In this document: positions 26,244-39,490 of the stretch, in pieces
Position numbering within the stretch: the stretch's first letter is position 1
How the letters are laid out: each line of letters begins with the position of its first letter
Assembly: GCF_009914755.1 (NCBI RefSeq)
Contig: NC_060944.1
Origin: the human T2T-CHM13v2.0 reference genome, Homo sapiens
Direction: 5' to 3' (one strand)
DNA: 64,000 bases
The notes under the pieces: model-generated
The model's database searches: none
What the model saw: the letters and a program-made list of their open reading frames with translations, nothing else
Told to the model about the DNA's origin: nothing
Program-made: the position numbers and the translations under genes

Positions 26244-27744
26244 GTATATTACTTTTTAAAAGACTATGGGGGTCATTAATGATTTTAATGTAATCATTAA
26301 AATTTAGTAAAAATCTTCACATTTATGTGGCTGGTTTAGAGGTTGTAGGGGTTTTTTTGGTGTGTATTCTGTCAAATTTGGTATCTGTGCAATTTCTTCA
26401 TAATATTCATAATATGAATTAAGCTTTCTTTTATTTGCATTGTTTTGGAATAGTACATACTGCATAATAACTATTTTTTAATTTGAAAGTTCGATCCAGC
26501 TCACTCATGAAACTACCTGCTCTTGTATCTTTCAGAGATGAGTCAACAACTTAACAAAACTTTCTTCTCTGATAGCAGGTCAACTTGGGTTTTCTATTTC
26601 TTGAGCCAATTTTGATAATATACATCATCAAGATTTTAAAATTTACTAGCCATGATTGTTGATGATATCCTTTTATAATTATGTATAATTTCTATATTCA
26701 CTATTATATCCCCTTTCTGTCTCCTAATTTTGGTTATTTGTGTTTTCTCTCGATTAGACTTCTCAGCAATTTGTTTTGTTGGATACAACAACAAAAAATT
26801 TCTTGTGTTTAGAAAATCTAGTGTTTTTCTGCATCTGTGGAGATTCATTGTAAAATGTCTTTCTTTTTTTTGGCAGAGACCTGATTTCACAGGCAGGCAC
26901 ATTCTCTCATTCCTCAAAGTGAACCTCTGCTTTTGAACTCCTGCATCTTTTCATGTGTCTGGTGATGTTTTCCTGTTTGTTCACCCTTACAAGCGAAGGT
27001 GTGAGCTTGCTCAGAGTTGGGGTCTGGGCTGCCAGAGAGCATCATGGAGGGGCCAGAAAAGGGAAGGGATAGTTGAGATGTGCTGTTATTTTTCTTTAGC
27101 AGGCCAGAAATTTGACAGCCTGTGAGGGCAGAGAGCTTAGGCAGAGCTGGTACGGGGAGCTAGTACAAGGAGCTTCATCAACCCTGGGAGAGGTTTGTAT
27201 CGGCATTTAGTGTTGGCTGGAACGCACGCCCCCATCTGTTTTCCTGTCACAATTTTCTCCATTAGGAGCTAGCTGCCTACATGGTTTGTCAGGAGCCATG
27301 TTCTGCCAAGGATAGGCTGGGCGTAAGCATTGCTGCAAGCTGCTTACTCTGCATGCATGGATCCCAGATCCACATACTCTCCACCCCACTGGTCAACCAC
27401 CCTCTTGCTCTTGCACCCTATGCTAGGGCTCTCAGTGGGATTTTAGTAAAACAGGACCCCTTACCATCCTTCTTACTGTCTATTGGGTAGGCTCACCAAG
27501 TATTTTCAACAAAAATATGAGATGGCAGGACTCCTGTTCCCAAACCTGAGCAGGAAATTAATATCTTGACACATAGGATGAGCTTAGGACATGAGTAGAA
27601 CTTCTCCCATGAATCACTTTACATCAAGTCCATTTTTTATCCCTAGATCAAAAGCCTGGTTGGACATCTGGCGGCCCTCTATGGGTGTTGGCAGAATCCC
27701 ATTTCAGATTAACAGCTGGATGATAGGCTATTGTGCATAGCTGA

Positions 27745-28260
27745 AGCCCAGTTTCCCAGCTAGTGTTCCCCTGAAAGCAAAACCTTAAACGAAATTTTTT
27801 TTGGAAATATGATTCCAGGAAGCAATGAGAATAGGAGTTGTAAGTCAGGGAAGGAACGAGAAAGAGGTATTACAAGGTGTGTTATAGAGTTGGCTACTCT
27901 TACAGGGTCTGCTTGTTCTGGGACCATTTGAAAAGTCGCATGAAATACACTTAAGAACTGCCTTCAGAGGAAAGAGAGGAGGAAGCATTTGTTCACAGCC
28001 TCCAGGCCCCTATCAGTCAAAGATTTCATTGTTAACTTCCCTGCATTTCTGGGTAGCACACTCACAAGTGCTAAGTGGGTTCCTGTGGGCATCTCAGAGA
28101 ATAGTACCAGAAATTGTGGCACAGGAAACAAGAGCTGCAGAGCCTGTCTGAGGAAAGGCACCATGGACTTCCCATATATGAAATCTGAAGAAGCATGCTT
28201 GGAAATTGTTCCCATGGCCATGGATGACATAAGCGGTTAGGCTGAGAATATTTGAAGTGG
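27745..28260 (-). mobile_element. ERVL-type LTR (LTR33-like)
   Basis: gttcccctgaaagcaaaacct...tgattccaggaagca...gtcagggaagg...ggtgtgttat-gagttggctac. Confidence 0.4.
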
Positions 28261-31200
28261 TACACAAGAGGCATCTGTTTTACCCAGTTTTGTATGCCAA
28301 CAAGGTGCTCTTACCACTCCCTTCCTCTCTCTGGGGTGCTTCAAATGGATTTGAAAGCCAAAATCCTCAGCATACATTTCTTCAAGATTCTCTCTGCTGT
28401 TTTCCTGCCCATACAAGTTTTTCTTAATGTCATTTCATCTCCCAGGAGATAGAAATGGACGATTGACCAATTTTCTGAGTGAGTACAGACCATCTGGAGC
28501 AGGCACCTGGGCGGGATGAGCCACTTTATCTTCTCTGAGGCTTCTTTGCATCTTTTAGGCAGCAAAACATGATTCAGCATCAACCACTGATTACGATTCT
28601 CATTTCAGCTTCTTGTGTCTTGTAATCAGAGGAAATTCCTCCCGGATTCACACAATAGCTTGGCCGCCAGGTGTGGTCCCATGTTTCCAGCTTTGACTAC
28701 ATATTTGTAGGGATTTTAAAGGAAAGTGGGATGGGATGGAGTCAGTCCTCATTATAACCCGGAGCAGGGGTTTACTTCTTGGCCCTGCCATGCCTCGCCT
28801 TAATAGAGAAACAGATTCATCTTCTATCTCAGCACATGTATCTGTTAGGCTCTTCATCATTCAAAAGGAGATACTAATTCTCTTTCTGGCTCAGCTGGCT
28901 CTTAAACTCGGACTCCAAATTCAATCAACAACTCAGAATAGCTATTTCACTGGTTCTGGGCTAAAAGCCTCCAGCTCATGGACACTCAGAGAGGAGAGAA
29001 AACTTGTTTATATAATACTAAAGATTCTGAAACCCTACATCTGGCTTAGGTCTGACTTGCAGAGAACCATGTAGCTGGGCCCCTTCATTTTGGTCCTTCA
29101 GTGAAGAGCTTTCACTGAATTGTTCTATGGCATGAGGCCATGAGTCTTCAGGGAGGGGAATCCATTGTGTCAGCGAAGGATGTTGTTGAAGCCATTATTT
29201 ATTAAGGGGACTCATGAAAAAAATTTCTTCTAGGCTCTATAGCAGGAATGTTTTTTAGTTATTCTGAGCAAGAGATTTTTTTTTCCCTTTTGGACATTGA
29301 CTAACTGACTGTGTTCCCCTTTTGTGGGAGATGGGCAGTGCCACATTTTCAAACCTCTTGATCCAGGTATATGGCAGGTCTTGGGGTATGACCCTGTTCC
29401 TGGCATCATCTTATCTGTTCTGCCTGGATTTTCCTATGTTCTTCTCACCTCTTCTTTTTATATAATTGGCCTTTCCGGGTATTAAAGTAATATAACATTT
29501 ATAAAATGTAGAAAATTATAAAGAACAAAAATTACTTGTGTTCCCTATGATGAAAGATAACCACTGTTAATATACTGATGTTGTTTTTCATACATTTATA
29601 TATTCAATTTATTTTCTCTATGCATCTGTAATTCTCTGTATATGTCTCTATCTATTCATGTATTCCAAATGTCCTTGAATAACTAGTTAAATTTTGTTCC
29701 AATGCCTATTCAATAGAGTGGGAGAACTGATGACCTCCTCAGTTTATGTTAATTTCCAGGGGGTTATAATCCCATGCTTTTCTCTGTCTCCAGTTGTTCA
29801 GTTTGTGAGTATCATCTCCCTGTGGGTGCCATGTCTCTACTGAATGTCAATGATGAGTCCAGGCTCAGTCCTGTCATTAAATTTCAAGAGAAAGCCACTC
29901 AGGCCAAGCCTTTGTTGAGTCTCGTTGCATATCCTAAAGATTAAGTGGTCAAAAGTTTTCTGAAATTAACTAGAGTGGTTTCTTTCTCTTATCTCACCAG
30001 CTGCTTCTGCTTCTATTCCTGTTCTTTTCTCCTTGCCACCCCCAAACCCTGTCAGAGGGAATCAAATCCCTCTTCTTGCCTTCTGCATGGTATGTTGTTG
30101 ACCTCATCCCTTGTCTCCAGGAATCTGAGGGCTTCTAGGTTCCCTGGAGTTCTGATGGAAGGCTTGAGCCTTTGGAATTAAAGAAAGATCTTAAGTCAAA
30201 CCAGAGCTACCAATCAAGGTGCTCCTAGGTCTGACATGCGCTCACACTCCAGGTCTAGCCACACAGGAAGGCCAGGCTAGGATCCACCTGGACAGCCAAC
30301 AGACACATAAAGAGAGCTGTGCCAGTATCATCAGTCTCTCTCCAGGACGGCAGCACATAGGGTGGGATGTCCCTCTCTGCTAACGTTGATCCTTAGCATC
30401 ACTGTGAGAACCCAAGACTTGAAGCACCCAAAATAGCTTAGCTTCAAGTTCAGGGGTACTATGGAGGTGTCAAGGAAGATAAGAGATATTTAAGCATATT
30501 TCCATGGAAATATGACAACTGTATGCTGTTAAGTGAGAAGAAGCAGGTCTCAGAGTATATACTGGTTGATGCCACTTACGTAGAATATGTTTATGCATAG
30601 AAAGGTCTGGAATGGCATAAAAATGTTAACAGGTACCTTTGAGAAGTGGGAACTTTCACCTTTTGCCTTAAATAATTTTATATTGAGTCCTTTCAAGTGA
30701 GTATGTGCTACTTTTATCATAACACTTTAAAAGCAATTTCCATTTTGGGGAAAGATGATATGCCCCCAAATATTTTTTTTTAAAGTGGGAGTTATGTGAG
30801 ATTTTTTTCCTTCTTTCTAATTTTCTTTCTCCAGTGTCGTATTACATTTGTGGCCAAAGCATAAATGTAGCAGGCAGACTACGTGAGATTAACATGACCA
30901 AGGACAAAGTGACAAGATAACTAGCCGGCTGGACACCAGGTTCCCCATGTCATACCCAAGCTGGGAATCACATGTTCTCTAGACTCTGTGGCCTGGGAGG
31001 CCTAGTGAGCCATGTATCTAGGTTCCTCAGGCAGAAGAACCCTGCCAGGGTTCCCAAGACTGCAAGAGAACAAGGTGAACCCTGCGCTCCACCCCTGCGG
31101 CTTGTGTTTCCAGCTCAGGCTTATATCTGGACACATACAAAGAACTTGGGAACTAGTAAACTCCAAGGAGTCAGGTTCTAGTTATTTCTTCTGCTCATCC

Positions 31201-31545
31201 AGAAGAAAATAGAGGACATATGCATCCAACTGAGAGGTTGGCAGCCTCATGTCCCAGTTTGAGTACTGGTTTGTCCCAGTTCCTTTTGGGCTCATATCTG
31301 TTCCCCTCTAATAACAACAGCATTAAAAACAGTGCTTGCCTAATTTTAGCATGTATTATAATCACCTGGGGCACTTGCTGAACATATAGAATCCTAGCTC
31401 CTATCCTGGACCTATTGAATCAGGCTCTACACGTTGAGAAGTTTCCCTGGTGTAATGGTGTAGGTGACCCATGGATTGCACTCTGAGATTAGAGAGTTAA
31501 CGGGTGCATCAGGAACCACTGGTTTCATACCTAAGCTCAGCAGTG

Positions 31546-31858
31546 TTTTATTTTATTTTATTTTATTTTATTTTTGAGACAGGATATCACTCTGTTGCCC
31601 AGGGTGGACTGCAGTGGCGCAGTCTCAGCTTGCTGCAGCCTCAACTTCCTAGGCTCAGGCAATCCACTCACCTCAGCCTCCTGAGTAACTGGGACTACAG
31701 GTGTGTGCCACCATGCCTGGCTAATTTGTTTGAACTTTTTGTGGAGATAAGGTCTCATTATGTTGCCCAGGCTGGTCTTGAACTCCTGGGCCTAAGTGAT
31801 CTCCCACTTTGGTCTTCCAAAGTGCTGAGATAACAGGTGTAAGCCACCATGCCTGGCC
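31546..31858 (-). mobile_element. AluJ with a (TTTTA)n tail
   Basis: Antisense Alu with J diagnostics (ctgcagcctcaacttcctaggctcagg). Confidence 0.9.
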
Positions 31859-31899
31859 AACTTCAGCATTTACTGGAAAATTGAGAGGAGGGGTCTATG

Positions 31900-32302
31900 T
31901 CAAGAAGTAGAATCCCTGCCCCTTGATTCTGAGTATTCCATGTAACTAGCTCTGTCCAAGGGGATGTTGCAGATATGATTCAAGCAAAGGCCTAGCAAAA
32001 TATATATGTGATTGGACTTTCTCTCTCTCATGCTCCTGCTATTATCATGAGGAGCATATGCACAGGCTACCTTGTTGGTCCCAGGAGGAGGATGAAAAAA
32101 TAAGGCGCAAGGCTGTAACAGCTCATGTGCCCCAGCCAAGCCTTGCCTAGAATAGAGCCCTTAGCCAACACATGAATGAGCCTAGCTGAGATTAGCTGAG
32201 CTCAGCTTAGATCAGAGAGTCTTAGCTGGCTGCTATCAAATATTTTTCTTTCAAGTTACTGAGTTTTGGGTTGTTTATTATGCAGCCATAGCTAGCTGAT
32301 AC
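31900..32302 (+). mobile_element. MLT1-family MaLR LTR
   Basis: catgtaactagctctgtccaa...ggtcccaggaggagga...ttactgagttttgggttgtttattatgcagc...agctgataca. Confidence 0.6.
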
Positions 32303-32686
32303 ATTTAGGCAGCTCGTTACCAAGGCAGACCCTGAAATTGTGATTCTCTGGGCTTAGGAATCTGTATGTTTAACAAAGTTCCCAGTGATTCTCATGCCAC
32401 TGCTCTATGAACCACACTTGAGAAACACCACTTTACACTCAACCCTTTTACTAGCTCAATGTGCAGTCATGGAAAATCCCTTGATGTTTCTGAGCCTCAA
32501 CTTTTTCGTCTGCAAAGAGGGAATAATATGTATTTCCTGTGATGTAAGGATTAACTTAAATATAAAGAAACCTAGCTGATAATTTTTTCTCCTCCTCCTT
32601 CAACTTGTCCCCACCTCATCCCTACCCAACCTCAGGAAGACACCAGTACGAATATCTTAGGAAAACATGAATCTCAGGGTCACAGC

Positions 32687-32692
32687 TTTATT
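32687..32692 (-). terminator. PTPRT: Distal polyadenylation signal AATAAA
   Basis: TTTATT on +. Several upstream UGUA motifs; GATTCATGTTTT follows about 15-25 nt downstream. Confidence 0.8.
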
Positions 32693-32922
32693 GTATAGAT
32701 TTTTTAACACAGCCATATTACAAACATTGTCAGGGAACATTTACAAGAATAAATAAGATGGACTTGCAGGTGTAAAAAGATTACACTTCACTGTAATGTA
32801 CAGTCAAAAAATATATCTGATATTCATTGACCTGACATTATTTACCTTCTGCTTTTCTGAGCTAGAATTGAAAAGAAAAAAAAAACATTGACAGCACAGT
32901 GCTGGCTTTTTTAAAAAGTTGA

Positions 32923-32928
32923 TTTATT
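32923..32928 (-). terminator. PTPRT: Proximal (alternative) polyadenylation signal AATAAA
   Basis: TTTATT on +. Upstream UGUA at ~32975; downstream GU/U-rich element TGTGCTGTCAATGTTTTTTTTTTCTTTT. Confidence 0.55.
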
Positions 32929-35900
32929 TTGTTTTCTCTTCTCATACGTGCTTTATCTATCAAACACCCAAACTGTACAAGTGCAGGCCATTGGGATTCA
33001 TGGAGGAGGCTGCAAAGAGTGTGGAGACTTTGGTCTCATGCAATATTATATGCCCAGTGGATGTGAAGATGTCAGCCTCCCTGGAGTTGAGCGGGAACCT
33101 TGGGATAGCTTGTGAGGGTGTCCAGAAGCCAAGGCAATGGTAGAGGCCACAACTCTTTGTCTTTGATTGGCTAGTAGAATGTAGGGTGAAAAGTGCTTTT
33201 GAGTATGATTACCAATATGGGTTAACCCGGATTTACATGGGCTAGCTCAGGATCCACCTGGTGATGAAATGTGTGCACTGGAAATGATTATAATCATGTG
33301 TAAATTGAGTTACTGTGCTTTTGCTTTTGCAGTGTGCTCCAACAGGCCTTGAATAGGGAGTGGGGTAGAAATAACCTCTGGAGATAATGTGTATGGTAAG
33401 AAAAGCCCTGCTCTGTGTCCTACTTGGACCTTCACTGGTTCTGGCTGTCACTCATGGCCCTGTTGGTCAGTGGGTCTGAGTTATGGCTGCTCTCATGAGA
33501 GATCTACATGGGTATTGGGTCTATGGCAAAGCAGCTGTTCCCTATGGTTTGCTGTTTGGTGATAACCAGCCTGGATCAGCCCAGTATATGTGGCCACAAC
33601 AGCATGTTGGCCTGCTCAGTGGGGGCACTTGGGTGGGAGAGCAGGGGGCTTCAGCCTGTACAGACCAAACACAATCTACTTGGATTCGTGCTCTACAGGT
33701 ATGAATGAGTTCAAACATGATCCCAGCTCCACAAGATCTCACCCATCTGGAATGGAAGTGACCTGAAATCCATTTCACCAATGCTTCTCTTCCCTTTAAA
33801 GAGACACCTGCCTTCTTTTAGACAGCTGCTGAGATGGGCAGCTTATCCTCTCTGGCAGACAGCAGGTTCTTCCTTACAGCTATTAAGTTTCACTCATGGG
33901 TCCTAGTTATACTCAGAGGAGTGACCTGGGTCTAGCAAACTGTGCTTGACTTCATCCAAGAATCTGCAGAGCTATGGAAGATATGGACACCATATTCTGC
34001 CTGACCCCTCAGAAGCCTAACTTTACATGGAATGACACCACTCTGCCCTCTAAGCCTCCAGACTGCCCTGGGGCCTTTGACCCAAAGAACACCTGACATT
34101 ATTCATCTTCCATGGGAGATACAGGGACAGGGTGGACACTGAGAGTTTGTTGGACCATCATAGAGAAGGCCCACTGATTTGTATTCATAAGCCCAAAGGC
34201 ACTGAAGTAATTGTACAGAGACTCAATTTTGTAATTTTGGTGGTTTACTTCCTATGACCCTTTCTCCTCCACATCCAAGAGTCCTGCTCACTAAGGAACC
34301 ATGAACTACATTAATTACCCTGAGCTCCAGGCTTTTATACTGATACTTTTCTGTCCAACACTTCAAGGCCACCAGACACTCATTCTCCGAACATTCCAAT
34401 TAAGGATCAGAGTCCACATCTCACCACCCAGAGCAGTTCTCAGATATAGAAGGAAGCCCCATAATGATCAAGCCCCTAAAACTCTTCCCAATAGATTTTC
34501 TTTCATCCTGAGCCCTTGCACTTCCCTTGTATCTGCCCCAGTGGACCACCCCTGAGCTCTTAGATAGGTGGGATGCTAGGTTTGGAGGCTACCATTGTGA
34601 GTGTTGATGCCTCCTTTTAGAGACCTAACATTCATGAGTGGATTTCAGTTGGTGAATGCCCTTTGATGACCTTTTCCCATCTCTTCTGGAGGTGGGCAGG
34701 TGGGATGCAAAAGACTGGCTTGATCTCTACAAGACATCTCTATAGTCAGTGCCATGCAAAAGCCCATCCCTGGTTACTAAAAAACTAGAAGAGTCTGCTC
34801 ATGTGCACAAATATGGCTTAGATATCTCTGCTGTGCTTCGGAGGATCAGATCCATGATCCTGAAAAATGTGTCAGAAGAAACTGGAGCTAGAACAGCTCC
34901 CCCCACACTCCACCACTAACCTCTCTCCCTGCTGTTCAGTCTATGACCTCAAAGGCAGATCCCTGCAAGACAAAGCCAAGGCCTTGCATTCTATCACTTC
35001 TAGACATGTATACATGGAAAACCTCCAACAGGGAAACTTTGCATGGGAGGAGTAAACAAATCTGAATCTCAGCTTGTCTCTTCTAGTTGGATTTACTTTT
35101 CCTATTTCCTTGTTTTACTTGGCTGTGATTTGAAGCTGGTCACAGGCTAAGAAGGAGCTCAGACTGTTAAGTAATGGGGAAGCCAAGTCAGGGATTTGAG
35201 ATGACATGACTATCCACGTTTATGTTTTTTTTCTTCTAACCTACCCTCCAGTTGGGTTGACCATTTTTTTCCCTGGGGATCCTGGCCCAGCACAACCTGT
35301 TGACATGACTTAGGAACAGCGTCCTGTTCATGCTTCCTCTTGGGCTCACCCATGTCTTCCAGAGTGTTACTCCTGGTTGAGCTTGGTGCTGATGACCTGT
35401 TTACCCAGCCCAGGAGTGGCAAGCTGCAGCCTAAGGAAGGGTGGCTTTCTTCATTTTGTCCCAAGGCAGTGAGGTACCAAGGAATTATCATTTCCTTCAA
35501 TGTCTCTGGATCTGGGTTGGGCAGTCACTCCTGCAGAGGTAACAGGATAAGGGCCTGGCTGCTACTCCCTGGGCCTCACTTCTGTTGTGTAGAGCAGTCT
35601 TACTGGACTGATACCTCTATGTACTCTAAGGGGTTCCCACCAGCGACGAGGAAATGTAGATCCTGGTGAGGACTTACAGCAAGAGCTAGTGTGGCAATGG
35701 GGAGTGGAGGATGAATAAACATGATGGGTCAGAGGGAAATGCATCATCTTTTGCCCCAGACACTGAGATTTGCCCTTGTTCCAAGTGGCTCTGGCAAGCT
35801 GTTACCCATCCTTTCTCCAGCTATGTCACAGAAGTGACCATTTTGCTAAATAAGTCATCTGCATCCTCGGTTCTGAGTATTCACTGGGTTCCAGTTTCCT

Positions 35901-36869
35901 GGCCTTGCGTTCCTGTTTTCCTGCCTAAAGTGCTCCAAATCTACCCCTTCTAATGTTGATGAGGGTCCTTTTTTCATGTATGTTTTTCATGTATGTATGT
36001 TTTCGTTCAAACTAAAGACTGAGCTCTGTCCACCACAACCCCATGCCTTACCCAGGAATTAATTGTGCCATAGTAATCTCGATTTCCTAATAGTGCCCCC
36101 TCCAAGGTGCTAGGTGCTGTAGGCACCCAGTAATTATGTGTGGCTAGGGTAAAGTGAGGAGCCTTCCAGACCCCAGCTGCTCATGAAGTGTGTCCTCAGA
36201 CTTGCCCACATTAGCAACCATGTGACTCCACTTGGACAACAGGCACCACTTTCCAGCCTAGCATTCAGGAATCTGCTGAGTACAGCTGTGTCCAGCTTCT
36301 CTTTTCCCTTTAGGGTTTTGTGGGCTCATCCTTCTCCACGCCAGATGAGCAAATCCTCATCATTCTAGTGTGAGTTAATGGGTTCCTTCCAGCACCCAAC
36401 TGGAAGATGCCTTAGTTGAGGTCCCCTCATGAACAGTGAGGTCAGAGCACCCACACACCAAAGGAGCTGCCTAGGAGAAGGTCAGTTGGTCTTGATCTTG
36501 AGCCTATAACTGGCTCTGGGAGGCAGCAGGGTCACTGCTCCTAGAGTCAATTCTAGGGTCAAGCTGAAGACCAGCTGACCTAGGGTCCGTCATAGCGGGG
36601 TGAACAGAACAGAACAACATGAGGAACAGAGCACATTTTTTTTTGAAATATTCATAGAGTCATATTAAAACCAACAAGGCTAAATCAGAAAGTGGAATGC
36701 AAATTTTGCATGAATTGTGAACGTAAAACATGAGACTATGAAGGAATTTTAAGCTTACTGTTGTTTGCTTTGAGCTTTATCCACTGACGTATCTGTTCCA
36801 CTCTAGTCTCTTCTGTTATGGGTAACCTCCTGGGAAAAATGTGAGATACAATGGTGGAAAAATATTGTC

Positions 36870-37055
36870 TCTGTAGTGAGAAAAAACCGGTTTAAATCCT
36901 GGTTCATTCACTCACTAGCTGTGGAACTGTGGGCAAGTGATTTCTCCCCTAGGAGCCTTAGTTTCCTCATCAGTAAATGGTGACAATCACAAACCCTCCT
37001 TTAGAATGCTGGAAGAATTTAATGAGCTCACATGTTAGAGTCCCCAGCATAGGGT
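36870..37055 (+). mobile_element. MIR within the PTPRT 3' UTR (antisense to the mRNA)
   Basis: ggtttaaatcctggtt...ctagctgtg...gggcaagtga...gccttagtttcctcatcagtaaatgg. Confidence 0.75.
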
Positions 37056-39339
37056 CTGTTGGTTCCTTTGCAGGCCACACCCACAGAGAGGGCCAGCACT
37101 AAAAGCAAACTGTCCCCTTCCATTCCCACAAAGAGAGGCCTACTGTGGCCTTCTAGAGGCCCAAGGACCCCTGGTTGGCCCAGATTCTTCACCCCAGAAA
37201 GGATGCAATGTTGGAGTGCAGCTAAGATACATCCTGAAGCTATTTAGGCCATAAACACAGGTGGAGAAATTTCCTGGGCTTCTCATTACTTCCTTGCATC
37301 TTCCCCAAACAGAGCCCACATCTATGAGGTAAGAGCTCCTGTTGTAAAGACTCAGAGAGCATTAATAATATTTTCCTCTGCTCATGACAGGCTGAGCTCA
37401 CCCTGTAAATGGGGTGGGGTGGGGAGACCCCCTGGGGGTGGTGGTGTTGGCTCCGGAGATTTCCTGGGTAAAGGAAAATGTTCAAATTCCTGGGCACTGG
37501 TGCCCCATCTCATCCAAGCCTTGCCACATCCTTGTCCCATGGGATCTTAGGGAAGTCATCCCCATCCATAAGCCTCAATTTCTTCCTGTGTGCACTGGCC
37601 TAAGACCTATTCACTGTCCTGCTTTAGAGAATGGTTGGGTTGTGGGAAAATAAGGGGATGAGCTGGGGGAAATCATCACTGGCCCTTGCTGGGTTACCCC
37701 AACATGGCCTGAGATTTTTTTTTTTTGCAAGTTTGTTTCTCCCTGAAGTCACACCTTAAATTCCTACCATTTAAAATGATAAAAGCCACTGTCTTTTGTA
37801 TCTGCCAGCTATTTCACCCCTTCCTGAGCAGAAAAAAATCTTAGGATTTGTGTTAAATAGCTCTCCCTCCACCCTCATCCTGTCTGGATGTACCAAGATC
37901 TAAGAAAATAGCATACAGCAGGCAGATTTGCCATGCTACAGGCTCCTTGCAGGCTGGGGAAGGCCAGCTGGGGCATTGGGCTGGAGCCGAGGGAGGCCAG
38001 CAGGCCCAGTGGGGGTGGGTCCCCGGGGTCTGCTGAAATACACCTGGGGAGAGGCTCATCAAAGGAAAAGAGCAAGTTCATCGTGGGGTTCCTTTGCTTG
38101 CCTTTGCTTTGAGGCACTTCCTTTTGAACCTCTAAAGTGACAGCCCTTCCTTGATCAAGTCTGGTGTCCCTGGACTTCTGGACAGCTCCAGAGCCCATGC
38201 CAATGGAAGCAACTTTTGTCGGCTCCTTTCATGTTCCATCCTCATGGGCCTGGAGATCTGGGTTGGTGACCCTGCTCCGTGGTAAAGCAGAGACCCTGGG
38301 TTTCTCATAGAATCTGAGTCTCATGATCCATTGCATATTTAGTTCCAGCAACAAAACAATGAGCAGACAGACAAATAGATGTGATATTAAAAAGTGCACG
38401 CTTAAGGGAATGTTTTCACAGTGTCTGATGAAAGGAAAAGAGGCAGCCCCATTGGCCCAGAAGGAGTCTTGGCCAACACGAAGCTGAGTGCATCTCTCTA
38501 AAGCTCCATGGACTCCTTGTTGCCAATAGGACAAAGTCTGTACTCGCGATGGGCATCTGTCTCCTGGACCCTGGCTCATCTCTTGCTGCTCCCCGTGTTG
38601 TGCTGTGCCCGCACTGGGCTGGCCTCCCCCAGACTGCTTCTCCCAATGCCTTTTCACATTTCTTTGCCATTGCACATATGGATCCCTTTGCCTGAGTTTC
38701 CTTTTTTTCCTTTTTATGCTTGTTAAGACCCAGCAGGAATGGACGTCCCCTTCTCCAGGAAGCCCGAGGCCGAAGAGACTTTCTTGCTCCTAGGCTCATG
38801 GAACACTCATCCACTCCACACTACTGCACCATGGTTCCATTTCCCCAGCATACAGTGGGCTCTTGAGGGCCAAAGCTGTACCTTCTTGAATTCTCTGCCC
38901 CTCATGCCCTGTCTGGGGCTAGACCAGCCTTCAAGATGGAGCTTCCTAGGTCCCAGCCCACCTGAGGCTGTCAGATATTGGGCCTAAGCACTGGCTAGAG
39001 ATCAAGGTCGAGAGTTTCCCTGGCTGGTCCATTCATAGCCTGAAGGAACAGGGAATTGTTTTTACTGACTAAGAAATTAGATGAGACTGGCTTTCCTGGG
39101 GAGCTGGGAATGTGTTACTAAAATATATCTGAAATTCTGCGCTTCCCAGAAGAACTGGCATCAGGAAGAAAGTACTAAATTTCCATTTGTGGAGTTATCT
39201 GCTCAGAAGTTTCTGGCCTTATTTTCCCTCCATAAAATAATTGCTTGGCTTAGAGAAGATGAAGAAAACAGCACGGAGAAGTCTCATTGCCATTACCTGC
39301 CCCTTTGGAACCCAGGATTTCATTACTAAGGAAGGTGCG

Positions 39340-39490
39340 TGGGTTTCCTCATTGGAGGAGATGATCAAATGGAGATGATAACAAGTCAGTAGCTCTCTCC
39401 TGGGGGTTCTAAGGACTGTGTGAAATGTCCTATGGAAAGTGCCAAGCATGATCCCTGGCATACAGTAGAGACTTAGCAAATGTTGGTTCC
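39340..39490 (+). mobile_element. MIR 3' fragment within the 3' UTR
   Basis: gtttcctcat...aaatggagatgataac...aaagtgccaagcatgatccctggcatacagtag...cttagcaaatgtt. Confidence 0.6.

Noticed and set aside
27661-27680. CTCF-like motif (GGCCGCCAGATGTCCA on -); also 19258-19273
   Set aside because: Mismatch in the strongly conserved GGC part of the core; cannot be called without ChIP data.
29097-29119. Perfect 9-bp inverted repeat TTCAGTGAA-N5-TTCACTGAA (similar small hairpins at 7008-7033 and ~32790-32805)
   Set aside because: A few stems of this size are expected by chance in 64 kb, and they are too short for a pre-miRNA.
32130-32300. Reiterated (T)AGCT(G/T)AG units resembling a short spaced repeat array
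   Set aside because: They lie inside an MLT1 LTR with irregular spacing. This is not CRISPR-like, and the DNA is eukaryotic.
37018-37023. ATTAAA on the mRNA strand in mid-UTR as a proximal poly(A) signal
   Set aside because: A variant hexamer inside a MIR with no clear downstream GU/U element; unsupported without 3'-seq data.
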